Virus record (IMG/VR): IMGVR_UViG_3300034101_004588
Coordinates: 146,957-210,956 of that record
Strand: one strand, 5' to 3'
Length of the DNA: 64,000 nt
The number at the start of each line of letters is the position of its first letter. Position 1 is the stretch's first letter. Shown piece after piece: positions 16,010 through 25,734 of the stretch. The translations under genes were made by a program, and so were the position numbers. The notes under the pieces were generated by a model. It did no database searches. It worked only from the letters and a program-made list of their open reading frames with translations, and had not been told where the DNA came from.

Positions 16010-16774
16010 TCAAACTTCCATTGAAGGTATTGAATGTCCACCCATAGGATTGCTTGTCGCTTCCTGTGGTTTTGGAGCACCTGCTACTTCGTATATAGAT
16101 TTTCTAACACTATCTAAATCTGTAATAAAATAATCTGTTCCGTTTATATTAATAGCTGCAATACTGTCTATGCTAATAATTCTTGGTTCTATTCCTTTTT
16201 CCACTCCTTGATAAGATGCTGAACCTTTAGAAGGAGATTTATATTGAGATACTTCATCTTTATTGGTTACTTCAAAGTCTGAAGATGAATTGGGATTTTC
16301 TTTATTAGCTTTAACCAACACTGGTGAAAAACTAGCAGATATAGCAACCGGAAGATACCGTAAATAAATCTGTCCTTCTTTTTGGCGCAAAGAGGTACTA
16401 CCTTCTACATCATCATAAACACTTTTTTGAGCAACAAAATCTGTTGTTTTTCCTTCTCTTTCTCTTTGACGATTAACAGCTGCTGTATAATCAAAACCAA
16501 TTTGTCCATTGACTTGAGATACTTTAGCAAAATATGCTTTACCATGTTTTAAACCCGGCAAAACAAATGAAGGAGAAGGTGCTTTGTTGCTAGACTCTCT
16601 AGTAACTTGAGTAACACTAAAGAAGTTAGTTCCTTTGTGTTTTTGTTCTACCTCTTTAATAATATTAATCAATTCTGATTTAGTGATATTACCTTGCTTT
16701 TCTGGTGTTGATGATATGCCGTAAGCCATTTCGTTGTATACCCTTTCTAGTAGTATGTGATCTTTATTTTTCAT
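16010..16774 (-). CDS. hypothetical protein with KDxILLE N-terminus
   Basis: 254-aa ORF, MKNKDHILLERVYNEM. Confidence 0.85.
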   Translation of the reverse strand: MKNKDHILLERVYNEMAYGISSTPEKQGNITKSELINIIKEVEQKHKGTNFFSVTQVTRESSNKAPSPSFVLPGLKHGKAYFAKVSQVNGQIGFDYTAAVNRQREREGKTTDFVAQKSVYDDVEGSTSLRQKEGQIYLRYLPVAISASFSPVLVKANKENPNSSSDFEVTNKDEVSQYKSPSKGSASYQGVEKGIEPRIISIDSIAAININGTDYFITDLDSVRKSIYEVAGAPKPQEATSNPMGGHSIPSMEV

Positions 16775-16795
16775 GATTATACTACTTATACCGGG

Positions 16796-17899
16796 TCAAC
16801 TCACGCTTAAAGTTTTACCTAATGTCGTAATTGTAGCTTTTTTATTAGATACAATAACTGTCTCTACTCCTACATTATCATCATTATAGTTAATAATAGA
16901 AAACCCGTTTTGCCAATTGGCAGCAGATGCGTAAATGGGTTTTAAATCACAAGCACATCCATTTTCATAAACCCTAACAACTTTTTCTTTTTGAGTTCCT
17001 ATGCTCGGAATTCTTTGAGCTGTCATGCCTGTACGATGAGTGTGATTTGCCATAATAGAAGTAAACCATTTTTCAAATAATCCACGAGCAGAATAACCAC
17101 CATGGCGTCTGACTACATCTCCATGCATAACTATAAAACCTGGAGCTACTTCTACATAGTCAACTAATTTAACTCTACTCCATTCTTGGGTAGGTAAGAA
17201 TACAGAAGCATAAGAAAGTTTTTCTTTAATTTCTGCTATATCTGCTATTTCACCAATACGGTCACTTAGATACCTCCACCATCTTCCTTCGTTTCCGTCA
17301 CCAGAGTGATTAGCATTTGTCTCATAAATTTTGCTTTGATAAGGAGCTGTAACATCATGAATCAATTTTAAAAATTTATGATATTGCTCCCTTTCTGCTG
17401 ATAATGAATAAAAATGTCTTACATCTTTTGGATATCTACTAATAGCAAACATATCTAAGGTGTCTCCGTTAAGAATAATAGTTTCCGGTTTAACCTCCTG
17501 AATTGTTTGAATAAAAATGTCTAAAACATTCCAGTCTTCACTTCCAAAATGGATATCTCCAATAACCATAGCTGTTTTAGTAGCTTGAGCATTAACTGTT
17601 GGTTTTGGAGGAGCTGGATAATGAATAGGAGCCAATTGAGATATAAAATCTTTTAAATCTTCAAATCTCTCTTCTTCTTTAATAATAGGAATGTGCAAAT
17701 ATGGCACAGGTGTATCATGTGAAGGAACAATCACAGCTGAAGGGTTATGTCTCTTGCGATCTGTAACCCAATCCCAAACGGTTGATCTCTTAGCTCCTAA
17801 AAGATCGGCTATTTCTTTAAAGGTGTAACCTTCTTGTTTTAGCTCTTTAGCTTTTGTTTTTAGATAGCTATGCTGTTCTTTATTTTTTTGCATTTTCAT
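16796..17899 (-). CDS. calcineurin-like metallophosphoesterase with N-terminal HTH
   Basis: GYTFKEIADLLGAKRSTVWDWV; GDIH, GDTLD, ANH, HGD, NHTH. Confidence 0.88.
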   Translation of the reverse strand: MKMQKNKEQHSYLKTKAKELKQEGYTFKEIADLLGAKRSTVWDWVTDRKRHNPSAVIVPSHDTPVPYLHIPIIKEEERFEDLKDFISQLAPIHYPAPPKPTVNAQATKTAMVIGDIHFGSEDWNVLDIFIQTIQEVKPETIILNGDTLDMFAISRYPKDVRHFYSLSAEREQYHKFLKLIHDVTAPYQSKIYETNANHSGDGNEGRWWRYLSDRIGEIADIAEIKEKLSYASVFLPTQEWSRVKLVDYVEVAPGFIVMHGDVVRRHGGYSARGLFEKWFTSIMANHTHRTGMTAQRIPSIGTQKEKVVRVYENGCACDLKPIYASAANWQNGFSIINYNDDNVGVETVIVSNKKATITTLGKTLSVS

Positions 17900-17935
17900 A
17901 TGATATATTTTTTATAGGAAAAATCAACTTTTTTA

Positions 17936-18178
17936 TCACCAAAACCAAATTTCAACATTTGAAGTATAATGTGGTGGTTTATCTAAACTGGCCATGTCAC
18001 TGAGTATTCCAGTTGTAAAATATATAGGTGTGTTTTTATATTCTGTATTATATTTCATTCGAGGGTAATGTTTTACCTTTTTAATACCATTAATATGGGT
18101 TGCTTCTATTTCTCCTTCTATTTGTAGATTTTTACATCCAACCAAAGCCATCATCAACAGGCTTAGAAAAAATTTCAT
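17936..18178 (-). CDS. putative lipoprotein
   Basis: MKFFLSLLMMALVG-C lipobox. Confidence 0.65.
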   Translation of the reverse strand: MKFFLSLLMMALVGCKNLQIEGEIEATHINGIKKVKHYPRMKYNTEYKNTPIYFTTGILSDMASLDKPPHYTSNVEIWFW

Positions 18179-18444
18179 AATTTATATATTTTAACTTTAC
18201 AATCTTTTGTGCCTTTAATCAACCGGTGATATTCACCTTTTGGTATAAAAATCTGCCCTTCAAATTTTTGTGGTAATTTATTATCAAATTGAATTAACCA
18301 ATCCGTAGATTCTACAGATTCAACTAATCTGTCTTCATCATCAAAATGCCATTGTAAATCTTCTTCGTCAACTTTTTCGGAAAAATCTCTAACTACACAT
18401 TTATCTGATAAAAGTTTTTCTTTGAATGGATATTTTTTTACCAT
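18175..18444 (-). CDS. cupin-like phage hypothetical protein
   Basis: DLQWHFDDEDR...IFIPKGEYHRLIKG. Confidence 0.75.
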   Translation of the reverse strand: MVKKYPFKEKLLSDKCVVRDFSEKVDEEDLQWHFDDEDRLVESVESTDWLIQFDNKLPQKFEGQIFIPKGEYHRLIKGTKDCKVKIYKL

Positions 18445-19010
18445 GTACGAGATGATTTAAGACCTAACGCTTTACGATATCGATGAATATTACAAGACCA
18501 GTAACCAGCTTTTGTTCTGTCTTTTTTCTGAGAACATTTATGTCTTGCTGTAAACGATTTTGCTCTGGCTTTGCTGGTATTACGTACTCTCATGTTTGGA
18601 TCACCAAACGTGACTTTTTTAATAGAACCTTTTGGTGTTTTAACATAAACCGCAAATTTTTTAGGACCACCCGGAGTTCGAAATGGTTTATTTAATTTAA
18701 CCTTTTTTCCATGGTGAACTGCTTCTATCATTAAATCTTCTTCTTCAAATAAAGGAGCGTCTAAATAAACTTCTCTGCCTTCGTATATAGCCTTTTCCCC
18801 GATATCTGTTTCTAAAATTTCTGCATCTTCGTCAGATAATTTTAATTCTCCTTTGTAATACAAATTTTTAGCTTCTTTAATAATCTCAAAAAATTTATCT
18901 GAATATATTCTAAATACGTTATCGCAGAGAGTTTGATTATTTTCTATAACATATTGTAACTCTTTTGAAATTTTATTGTCTTGTAATTTAAAATATTCTG
19001 AAAATTTCAT
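18438..19010 (-). CDS. hypothetical protein of large T4-like phages
   Basis: KLNKPFRTPGGPKKFAVYVK...FGDP...ARHKC...AGYWSC. Confidence 0.85.
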   Translation of the reverse strand: MKFSEYFKLQDNKISKELQYVIENNQTLCDNVFRIYSDKFFEIIKEAKNLYYKGELKLSDEDAEILETDIGEKAIYEGREVYLDAPLFEEEDLMIEAVHHGKKVKLNKPFRTPGGPKKFAVYVKTPKGSIKKVTFGDPNMRVRNTSKARAKSFTARHKCSQKKDRTKAGYWSCNIHRYRKALGLKSSRTW

Positions 19011-19045
19011 TTTGTTTATTTTAAAATAAATCTATTAATAAGCAC

Positions 19046-19216
19046 TTATTTCTTTTTACCCCAGTTTTTAGCTCCTTTTTTGCGACATTTTGCTAAAGCT
19101 CCTGCTGCATAATAAGAAGGCCATGCTCCAGATTTTTGGTATTTTCTTTTTACTTTTTTATAACAAGCATCTTTTTCTTCTAAAACTAATTTTATTAGGT
19201 TATTTAAATTCATTAT
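19046..19216 (-). CDS. small basic hypothetical protein
   Basis: DACYKKVKRKY...WPSYYAAGALAKCRKKGAKNWG; ATG at 19216 (MNLNNL) assumed. Confidence 0.75.
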   Translation of the reverse strand: MMNLNNLIKLVLEEKDACYKKVKRKYQKSGAWPSYYAAGALAKCRKKGAKNWGKKK

Positions 19217-19815
19217 GATTTTATTAAATTTGCTTGTGCTGTCCAAAAATAGGTTTCTCCAGTGGCTCCATTAACTTTTATCCTAAAGAAATTTGGAGAA
19301 TCAACAACTACATTAGCATCTACTGACGTGTTGTCTCTGGCATGTATTATCTTAGTAGGAGTGCCTACTAGTTCTGTAATAGATCCAGATGTTGATCTTC
19401 TTTTAACGGATCCGGAGAATTCAAAAAAAGCAGTATCTCTGCTACTAGCACTACTACGACCTATAAGGTGTATTTTATAATTCCAGGAATCTCCTAAATT
19501 TAAAGTCATGTCTGCTCCGTCTTTAGTTAATAAAGTAGTTAAAGTTGTTCCTGTAGCTGAACCTCTTAAAATTAAAATTTCTGATACATAAGTAGCATCA
19601 CCAAAAATAACCGGGGTTTCTGCGTATAAAGTTCCATCTACAGTTAAATCGTTTTTAATTTCTGCATAAGGAAGATTTAAAAATACTGTAGATAAAGCAA
19701 TTTTAAAGGTGTCTGGATTATCAAAAGTTCCAAAATTTGCTGGGATAACCCCTGTATTAAAAGCATTACCTATATAAGGAGGTAATTGACTAATTTTTTT
19801 AGATGCTGTAGCCAT
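19213..19815 (-). CDS. probable virion structural protein
   Basis: MATASKKISQLP N-terminus typical of tail/fibre accessory proteins; S/T-rich. Confidence 0.7.
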   Translation of the reverse strand: MATASKKISQLPPYIGNAFNTGVIPANFGTFDNPDTFKIALSTVFLNLPYAEIKNDLTVDGTLYAETPVIFGDATYVSEILILRGSATGTTLTTLLTKDGADMTLNLGDSWNYKIHLIGRSSASSRDTAFFEFSGSVKRRSTSGSITELVGTPTKIIHARDNTSVDANVVVDSPNFFRIKVNGATGETYFWTAQANLIKS

Positions 19816-19824
19816 TATTAATAT

Positions 19825-20208
19825 TTATGGACGTTGAGGTGGATAATCTTTATGATATCGTTCTAAATATGTAGTTCTTTCTGATATTTGATCTAATTGT
19901 TTTTGTAAGCCAGATACTACTGTATTGTAACCCTTCAACTGTTCTGCATATACTAACTGGGTTTGCATTATATTTTCCAATTTGCTTTGAGTTAATTCAA
20001 ATTGAGTTTGTAAAAAATTTTCTTGTTTGTCTAAATAGGTTTGAAATTTATCTTGTCTCAAATAAGTGGATTCCATCCACAGTGTATAATACCCAACAGC
20101 TAAAAAGGTTATAATAACAAAAATAGGTTTGATTACAACACTAATAAAAGCTCGATGACGAGTTTCGAATTTATTAAATTTGGATATAAAATCTGATGAT
20201 TCACTCAT
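19825..20208 (-). CDS. membrane-anchored coiled-coil protein
   Basis: single TM segment then Q/L heptads. Confidence 0.75.
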   Translation of the reverse strand: MSESSDFISKFNKFETRHRAFISVVIKPIFVIITFLAVGYYTLWMESTYLRQDKFQTYLDKQENFLQTQFELTQSKLENIMQTQLVYAEQLKGYNTVVSGLQKQLDQISERTTYLERYHKDYPPQRP

Positions 20209-20395
20209 ATACTTCTAACAAAATATACTTATAAATCGTTTATCCAGATTTATTTAAAAATTTAAAAATTTAAAAAAATTCTTAATTTTTTCTTTAAAAG
20301 AAGTTTTTTTATTTTTCTTAACAGTCTTTTTAATAATGATTTCTTCTGTTACTGTTTTTCCATCTCTATAGGTTCTTTTTTTGCTATATTTCATA

Positions 20396-21217
20396 TTAAT
20401 TTCTGTATTTAGCTCCAGTTTTAAAAATTTTATTTATTTTATTAATGATAGTTTCGTCTTTTTCATCCGAGATTTCTTTTTTATTGTTTCTATTAATTGC
20501 TATATTATAAGCCAAAACCAAAGCGATTGCTAAAGGATCAAACACAACAATAATTGCCAAGGTAAACCATTTAACAATTGTGTTGATGTCTGTTCCGAAA
20601 AGTTCTGCTGCATATTTGAGAGTTCCAATATCTTTTTGTTTTCCGCTTTGTTTTTGTGCTTCCAATGTTTGCAAATCGAGAGCTTTAATTTCATCAAATA
20701 TCTGATTCATTCTTCCTCTAGCTTGTGATATTTCTTCTCCTGCCGCTTTAATGTCTTCATAGACAGGTGCTGCTGCTCTACGAGACATTGATGGAAGTCT
20801 TTGTTCTTGTGAAAGGCGAGATTGATTTAATGTTTCAACCCGCGTGTTTAATGATTCTAATTCCTTTTCTAGTATCGCTTTTTGCGATACCAAAAATTCT
20901 TGTTGTGTTTCTGCTTGAGAATATTCAATAAGACTTGTTTGATATGCGGATGTCAAAAATCCAAAAATACCCATTGATGTAATTCCCATCAAAGTTAAAA
21001 TGGCAACAAGAATATAAGTTTTTAACAACAGATTAGTCTTGTGCCAATATCGATAAAGAAAACTTGTTGCTACAAGCTTACCGACTTCCAAAGCTCCTGC
21101 CATGACAAGAACAGAAATAAATGCTCCTGCATAGAGTGTAGCAATACCATAAACGGAAAAATATGCTGCAACACCAGCAATAACAAATGCGGTTAACGCT
21201 AAAATACCTACGAACAT
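20396..21217 (-). CDS. multi-pass membrane protein with coiled coil
   Basis: three N-terminal TMs, central coiled coil, C-terminal TM (FDPLAIALVLA). Confidence 0.85.
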   Translation of the reverse strand: MFVGILALTAFVIAGVAAYFSVYGIATLYAGAFISVLVMAGALEVGKLVATSFLYRYWHKTNLLLKTYILVAILTLMGITSMGIFGFLTSAYQTSLIEYSQAETQQEFLVSQKAILEKELESLNTRVETLNQSRLSQEQRLPSMSRRAAAPVYEDIKAAGEEISQARGRMNQIFDEIKALDLQTLEAQKQSGKQKDIGTLKYAAELFGTDINTIVKWFTLAIIVVFDPLAIALVLAYNIAINRNNKKEISDEKDETIINKINKIFKTGAKYRN

Positions 21218-21230
21218 AACTATCTAATAT

Positions 21231-22814
21231 TTATCTGCTAATCTCTTCCCAGTCCAAGGAACCATATACATCATCTCCATCACCATTAGATGCCATAACA
21301 AGTGATAATTCAAAAGGAGTACCCGTTAATCCGTTTCGTTCTAGTTGAAACTTAAAAATAGCTTCTTTAAGAATGTCTATTTGTCCTTTAGCAAAGTTAT
21401 TAGTAATAAAATAACCACTTGCTAAAATTCTTCCTTCTGAAATCCCTGTGCCTGTTAAATTATATTCAACAGCACTATCTACTCCTGCACTCAACCATGT
21501 TCCTCCCGTTGTAGTAGTATTTGATCTTATCTGCCAATTGTATACACCATCACTTGAACCTATAACAGAAATTGCTGTAGGTACTACAATAGCATCTAGA
21601 CTGTCTGTTCTCAATTTTAAAGAGACAACAGGGTAGTAAGTTCCTGCTGTGGTTAATTCTTTTCCTCCTCCTGTGATTGCAGTTCCCACGGCTTGTTGCA
21701 ACCCTCTAAGTTCATACCCTCCTTCTGAAATTACACTGGAACATATTTGTTTCAATGTATTAGAGCCATTTGTGGCTGCTTTGTTGACGATCTCATATCT
21801 CAGAGGCAATGAAGCTGTGGTGATGTAAGTTGAATCGATAAGATTAGCATGATGGAATGAATGACAAACAATAAACTGACCATTAATTACAAATCCTGTT
21901 CTTGCTGTTCCTACACCAAGCCATTCAATATCCATCCAAAAAATTTGAGCCTTGGTTATATCTAAAACTATACCAGAGGCTCCAGTTCCATCCAATTTGT
22001 CTCCGTTCCAATTAGATCGAAGAACTACGGTATCCACAACGGAACCTGATATAAAAGATCTTTTAACCAGACCAATATTATCATCATCTAACTGGAAATA
22101 AAATCCATTTTGACTTCCGAAATACCCCACTCTTTGTCTTAAATTTGTGGTAGAAGAAGCCATGACAAAAGTATTCATGACTAGCAAAGACTTGCCTGGT
22201 TGATAAGCAAATACTTTTGTTGTTTCTCTAATTGCACTAGCTCCTGACGCATTGGTGACATTTAACTGCATCAATCCCTGTGATGCGTTGAATGAAACTG
22301 AACCTCCATTTGCTGATAATGTAGCCCAAAGATTATTATCTTTGTAACGATGTGAAGAATCAAACAAAGTCATAGGGGTAGACATTCTCAATCTTCCAAA
22401 AGCATCAAGCTGTGTTGGTTCTGGTCTTGTTATACTTGTTACGGTATTTGTAACTTTAACATTTAAAGAAGATGTTGGTGCAAAAACTGTAGCAAAATTT
22501 CCATCTTTATCACCAATGGTAATATCATCAACAGATGATTCTAAATCTTGGGATAAAACTCTTAATGCATTTAATCCATCAGATGTTGTTACATCGGCTC
22601 TTAAATTTGAATTCCAATCTTTGATTTCGACTGCACCTATATCAACATTTCCAGCAGATAGTGAAATAGTTAAATCATCAAAATTTGTTATATAAGACGC
22701 CTGTGCAAACAAATCACGATTTGCATTGTTTCCTACTTCTACCCAAGAATTGTTGTATCCGACATTACAATTTATAGGAGCAGATGAAACTGTATTTACT
22801 AAACTATATGACAT
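21231..22814 (-). CDS. probable virion/tail structural protein
   Basis: DAFGRLRMSTPMTLFDS motif, beta-rich S/T/G composition. Confidence 0.8.
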   Translation of the reverse strand: MSYSLVNTVSSAPINCNVGYNNSWVEVGNNANRDLFAQASYITNFDDLTISLSAGNVDIGAVEIKDWNSNLRADVTTSDGLNALRVLSQDLESSVDDITIGDKDGNFATVFAPTSSLNVKVTNTVTSITRPEPTQLDAFGRLRMSTPMTLFDSSHRYKDNNLWATLSANGGSVSFNASQGLMQLNVTNASGASAIRETTKVFAYQPGKSLLVMNTFVMASSTTNLRQRVGYFGSQNGFYFQLDDDNIGLVKRSFISGSVVDTVVLRSNWNGDKLDGTGASGIVLDITKAQIFWMDIEWLGVGTARTGFVINGQFIVCHSFHHANLIDSTYITTASLPLRYEIVNKAATNGSNTLKQICSSVISEGGYELRGLQQAVGTAITGGGKELTTAGTYYPVVSLKLRTDSLDAIVVPTAISVIGSSDGVYNWQIRSNTTTTGGTWLSAGVDSAVEYNLTGTGISEGRILASGYFITNNFAKGQIDILKEAIFKFQLERNGLTGTPFELSLVMASNGDGDDVYGSLDWEEISR

Positions 22815-23056
22815 CAATCATACTTAGTTTTAAAGGGTTCCATTATTTTTAAAAATTCAGTATTAAAACTTTCTCCTATGGCTTTGTCATATTTATTAAT
22901 GCGTTTACGCAACATTTTTACCCAACCCGTATTATTAGTTTTTTCTGCTCTTTTTAAATGTTTAAAAGCTATTTTTTTCTTTGCTCTCCAGAAATTTTTC
23001 TTTTCTGATTTGTTTAATTTTTTAGGAGCTGTGCTTCTTTGAGTAAGTTTTGACAT
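22814..23056 (-). CDS. basic hypothetical protein
   Basis: 80-aa coupled ORF. Confidence 0.75.
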   Translation of the reverse strand: MSKLTQRSTAPKKLNKSEKKNFWRAKKKIAFKHLKRAEKTNNTGWVKMLRKRINKYDKAIGESFNTEFLKIMEPFKTKYD

Positions 23057-23068
23057 TTAATCTACTTA

Positions 23069-23425
23069 TCAAAGTTTTCCTCCATGGCGATGGGTTGCTT
23101 TTTCACCTAACATTTTTGCCCATACTTCTCTGACTTCTTCTCTTAATTTATCTGCTGAAGGTTCTTTAATAGCTCCTGTTCTAAATCCAGAACAGGTTAA
23201 GTAATTTAACAATCGCCTAATACGATAAGGATCTGTTTTATCCTTTTCAAAATATTCTCTCATACGCTGCACGCATTCAGGTCCATGTTGAGCCCATTTG
23301 CCTTTTAACCATAATCTCAATTTTTGCCATTCAGGGTCATCAACAACAACTTGAATGTTCATTCCTTTAACCTTTTGAGCCAATTCTTGTACACGAGAAT
23401 TTAAATTCGCAATTTCTTGTTTCAT
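23069..23425 (-). CDS. hypothetical protein
   Basis: 118-aa coupled ORF. Confidence 0.8.
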   Translation of the reverse strand: MKQEIANLNSRVQELAQKVKGMNIQVVVDDPEWQKLRLWLKGKWAQHGPECVQRMREYFEKDKTDPYRIRRLLNYLTCSGFRTGAIKEPSADKLREEVREVWAKMLGEKATHRHGGKL

Positions 23426-23628
23426 TAATTTATTTTCTTTTCTAGATTTAAACGACTTTGCATAATCAAAAAATTCTTTTCAATAATGTTCAATTGTTCA
23501 TCTGCGTTTTCTTCTTCTAAGTCTTCGCAAGTCTTAATAAATTGTTTAAGCTGTTTAGACAAATCTTTTAATTGATCGTTTAACCATAAAAAGTTTTTAA
23601 TTTTTAAGTTAGGTGTTTTATATTTCAC
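23425..23628 (-). CDS. hypothetical protein
   Basis: 67-aa ORF. Confidence 0.65.
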   Translation of the reverse strand: MKYKTPNLKIKNFLWLNDQLKDLSKQLKQFIKTCEDLEEENADEQLNIIEKNFLIMQSRLNLEKKIN

Positions 23629-23666
23629 CCTATTAATATAAAAAAAATAATGAAGAAGTTCAACTA

Positions 23667-23873
23667 TTATTTTTTCTTAAATACTGGAACAGAAGGTGGG
23701 CAACAAGTTAAAAATATCATACCCCAAAAAATTCCCAACCCAAAAGCCATAAATCCAAAAACTGACAACAATACAGTCCATATACAAGCAATATTACCTA
23801 TTATACCGTAATGTATACTTCCTCCTGCTACAACACCTAATAATAAAACCAATGTCGAATAGATTGTCTTCAC
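23667..23873 (-). CDS. small membrane protein
   Basis: two hydrophobic helices. Confidence 0.7.
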   Translation of the reverse strand: MKTIYSTLVLLLGVVAGGSIHYGIIGNIACIWTVLLSVFGFMAFGLGIFWGMIFLTCCPPSVPVFKKK

Positions 23874-23922
23874 ATCTTATTAAATTATTTAGGGGTTTAA
23901 ACCATCAATTTGATTTTTTTTA

Positions 23923-24222
23923 TTAGCGAGACAATTCTTGATCTAAATCAATTTTTTGAAATTCTAACTGGTTGGCTGCTTTTGATAAGATTATTTGAAT
24001 CTCATTTAAAATTTGAGGCAATTCTTCAAAAGGTGTTTGTGTTTGTTGATGGACAAATTCAGCTGCAGTTTCTGTTTCTTTGGCTATTGATTTTAATCCA
24101 AGCAATAAAGAATCTAAATCTTTTTGCAAATTTTTTAAATTTTCAAATGAATATGTTTGTTCGTTAATCTGATTTAGATCTTTATATATGTTTTTTAAAA
24201 TGTTTAAATCTTTGATGAGCAT
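23923..24222 (-). CDS. coiled-coil hypothetical protein
   Basis: 99-aa ORF after TAAATA. Confidence 0.7.
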   Translation of the reverse strand: MLIKDLNILKNIYKDLNQINEQTYSFENLKNLQKDLDSLLLGLKSIAKETETAAEFVHQQTQTPFEELPQILNEIQIILSKAANQLEFQKIDLDQELSR

Positions 24223-24254
24223 GATAAATATATTTAGTTTAAAAATACATTTTT

Positions 24255-24665
24255 ATGAATTTACAATACAACTTACAACCAACTAGCTTTGTTTCAAACA
24301 TTTCCTGTTTAAATGGTTTAACCGTGAATGGTACATTATCAACTACTGGAAATTTATATACGAATCTTCCAATAATATTATCCCAATCTCCTTTAACCTA
24401 CACATTTTCTTTATCAGATAAAGGAAAATTATATGGATCGATTGGGTCTGTGGTTTATATACCTAATGACAACACGACCAATTTTGAAATAGGTACACAG
24501 ATAGCAATAGCTCAATTTAGTACAACAATTTTAACAATTTCTGCAGAACAAAACGTAATCGTAAGAAGTACTGAAAATAGACGAAATTTAAGAACACAAA
24601 ATTCTATGGCGGTTATAATAAAAATAAACCCTAATGATTGGTTTTTATTTGGTGATCTGTTATGA
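24255..24665 (+). CDS. tail-fibre-associated protein
   Basis: TTNFEIGTQIAI...IKINPNDWFLFGDL, typical fibre C-terminal module. Confidence 0.7.
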   Translation: MNLQYNLQPTSFVSNISCLNGLTVNGTLSTTGNLYTNLPIILSQSPLTYTFSLSDKGKLYGSIGSVVYIPNDNTTNFEIGTQIAIAQFSTTILTISAEQNVIVRSTENRRNLRTQNSMAVIIKINPNDWFLFGDLL

Positions 24666-25462
24666 ATCTATGTTTTTTTTCAGCTGCAGCAGGTGGCTTT
24701 GATATTAAAAAAATTTCAAATATTGTAATGTGGATTGATGCTTCGGATCCTAATGCATTATATACAGAAAGTATAAACGGAACCTTAGTAGAACCAAACA
24801 GTGCAATAGGTTTGGTTTTAGATAAATCTGGTAATCAATTTAATTTAACTCAAAGCCTTTCAGTTAACAGACCTATAAGAAGAGAAAATGTTCAAAATTC
24901 TTTAGGAGTAATAGAATTTAATACACAAGATTACATCAAATTTCTTACAAGCCCTTCTCTTTTATTTGACGATTCTCAATGGTCTGTGTTTACAGTTTAT
25001 AAATTTTTATCTGCTTCAGAGTTTAATTGTATATTAGAATTAGGAAGACCGAGACATTCAGGATCTTTTTTCGGATTTTCATTTACTCCAAGTAATAGTG
25101 TTCGTTCATCAGTTGCAGCAAGATCTAATACTAGTAGAGGAGGTCTTTTGAATATAACTTTAGGTACTAGTTTAAATACGTCTTCTTTTGAAGTACAAAG
25201 TTTTGTATGGAACAGAACTAATGCTACTTTAGCAACTAACCGATATTTAGAAGGTTCATCAACTATAGTTAGCGGGAATGTACAAACCCCAACAACACAA
25301 CAAATAATTTTAGGTAGTGGTTATAGTTCAGGGGTTATACCGTTTCCAGATCTTGGAACAAATATACAAATTGCAGAAATAATTATTATTAAAAGAAATG
25401 TTTCTCCGGGTGAAAGAACCGCTATAGAAGAATATTTAAATAGAAAATGGAATTTATATTAA
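24662..25462 (+). CDS. LamG/lectin-like virion protein
   Basis: MWIDASD...DKSGN...IAEIIII...IEEYLNRKW pattern. Confidence 0.75.
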   Translation: MNLCFFSAAAGGFDIKKISNIVMWIDASDPNALYTESINGTLVEPNSAIGLVLDKSGNQFNLTQSLSVNRPIRRENVQNSLGVIEFNTQDYIKFLTSPSLLFDDSQWSVFTVYKFLSASEFNCILELGRPRHSGSFFGFSFTPSNSVRSSVAARSNTSRGGLLNITLGTSLNTSSFEVQSFVWNRTNATLATNRYLEGSSTIVSGNVQTPTTQQIILGSGYSSGVIPFPDLGTNIQIAEIIIIKRNVSPGERTAIEEYLNRKWNLY

Positions 25463-25734
25463 ATGGATTTTGCTTTCTTTTGTAAATGTTGTTCATAGGC
25501 AGAAGCTAATTTTGGATTAGTTTCTACCATCCATTCTCTGAAAGATTTATTAGAATTTGTTTCTTTTTGTTTTGTTTTGGATTCTTGAGATTGATTCTCA
25601 AGCTCTTGTAATTTATTTAAATAAGATTTTAATTCTTGTAAATCTCTTTCATCATACGTTCCGGTAAATCTTTTATTGTTTACAAAACCGACATATCCTT
25701 GACCTGGAATCAATTTGTAAGAATATTTTAACAT
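25459..25734 (-). CDS. hypothetical protein
   Basis: 91-aa ORF. Confidence 0.7.
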   Translation of the reverse strand: MLKYSYKLIPGQGYVGFVNNKRFTGTYDERDLQELKSYLNKLQELENQSQESKTKQKETNSNKSFREWMVETNPKLASAYEQHLQKKAKSI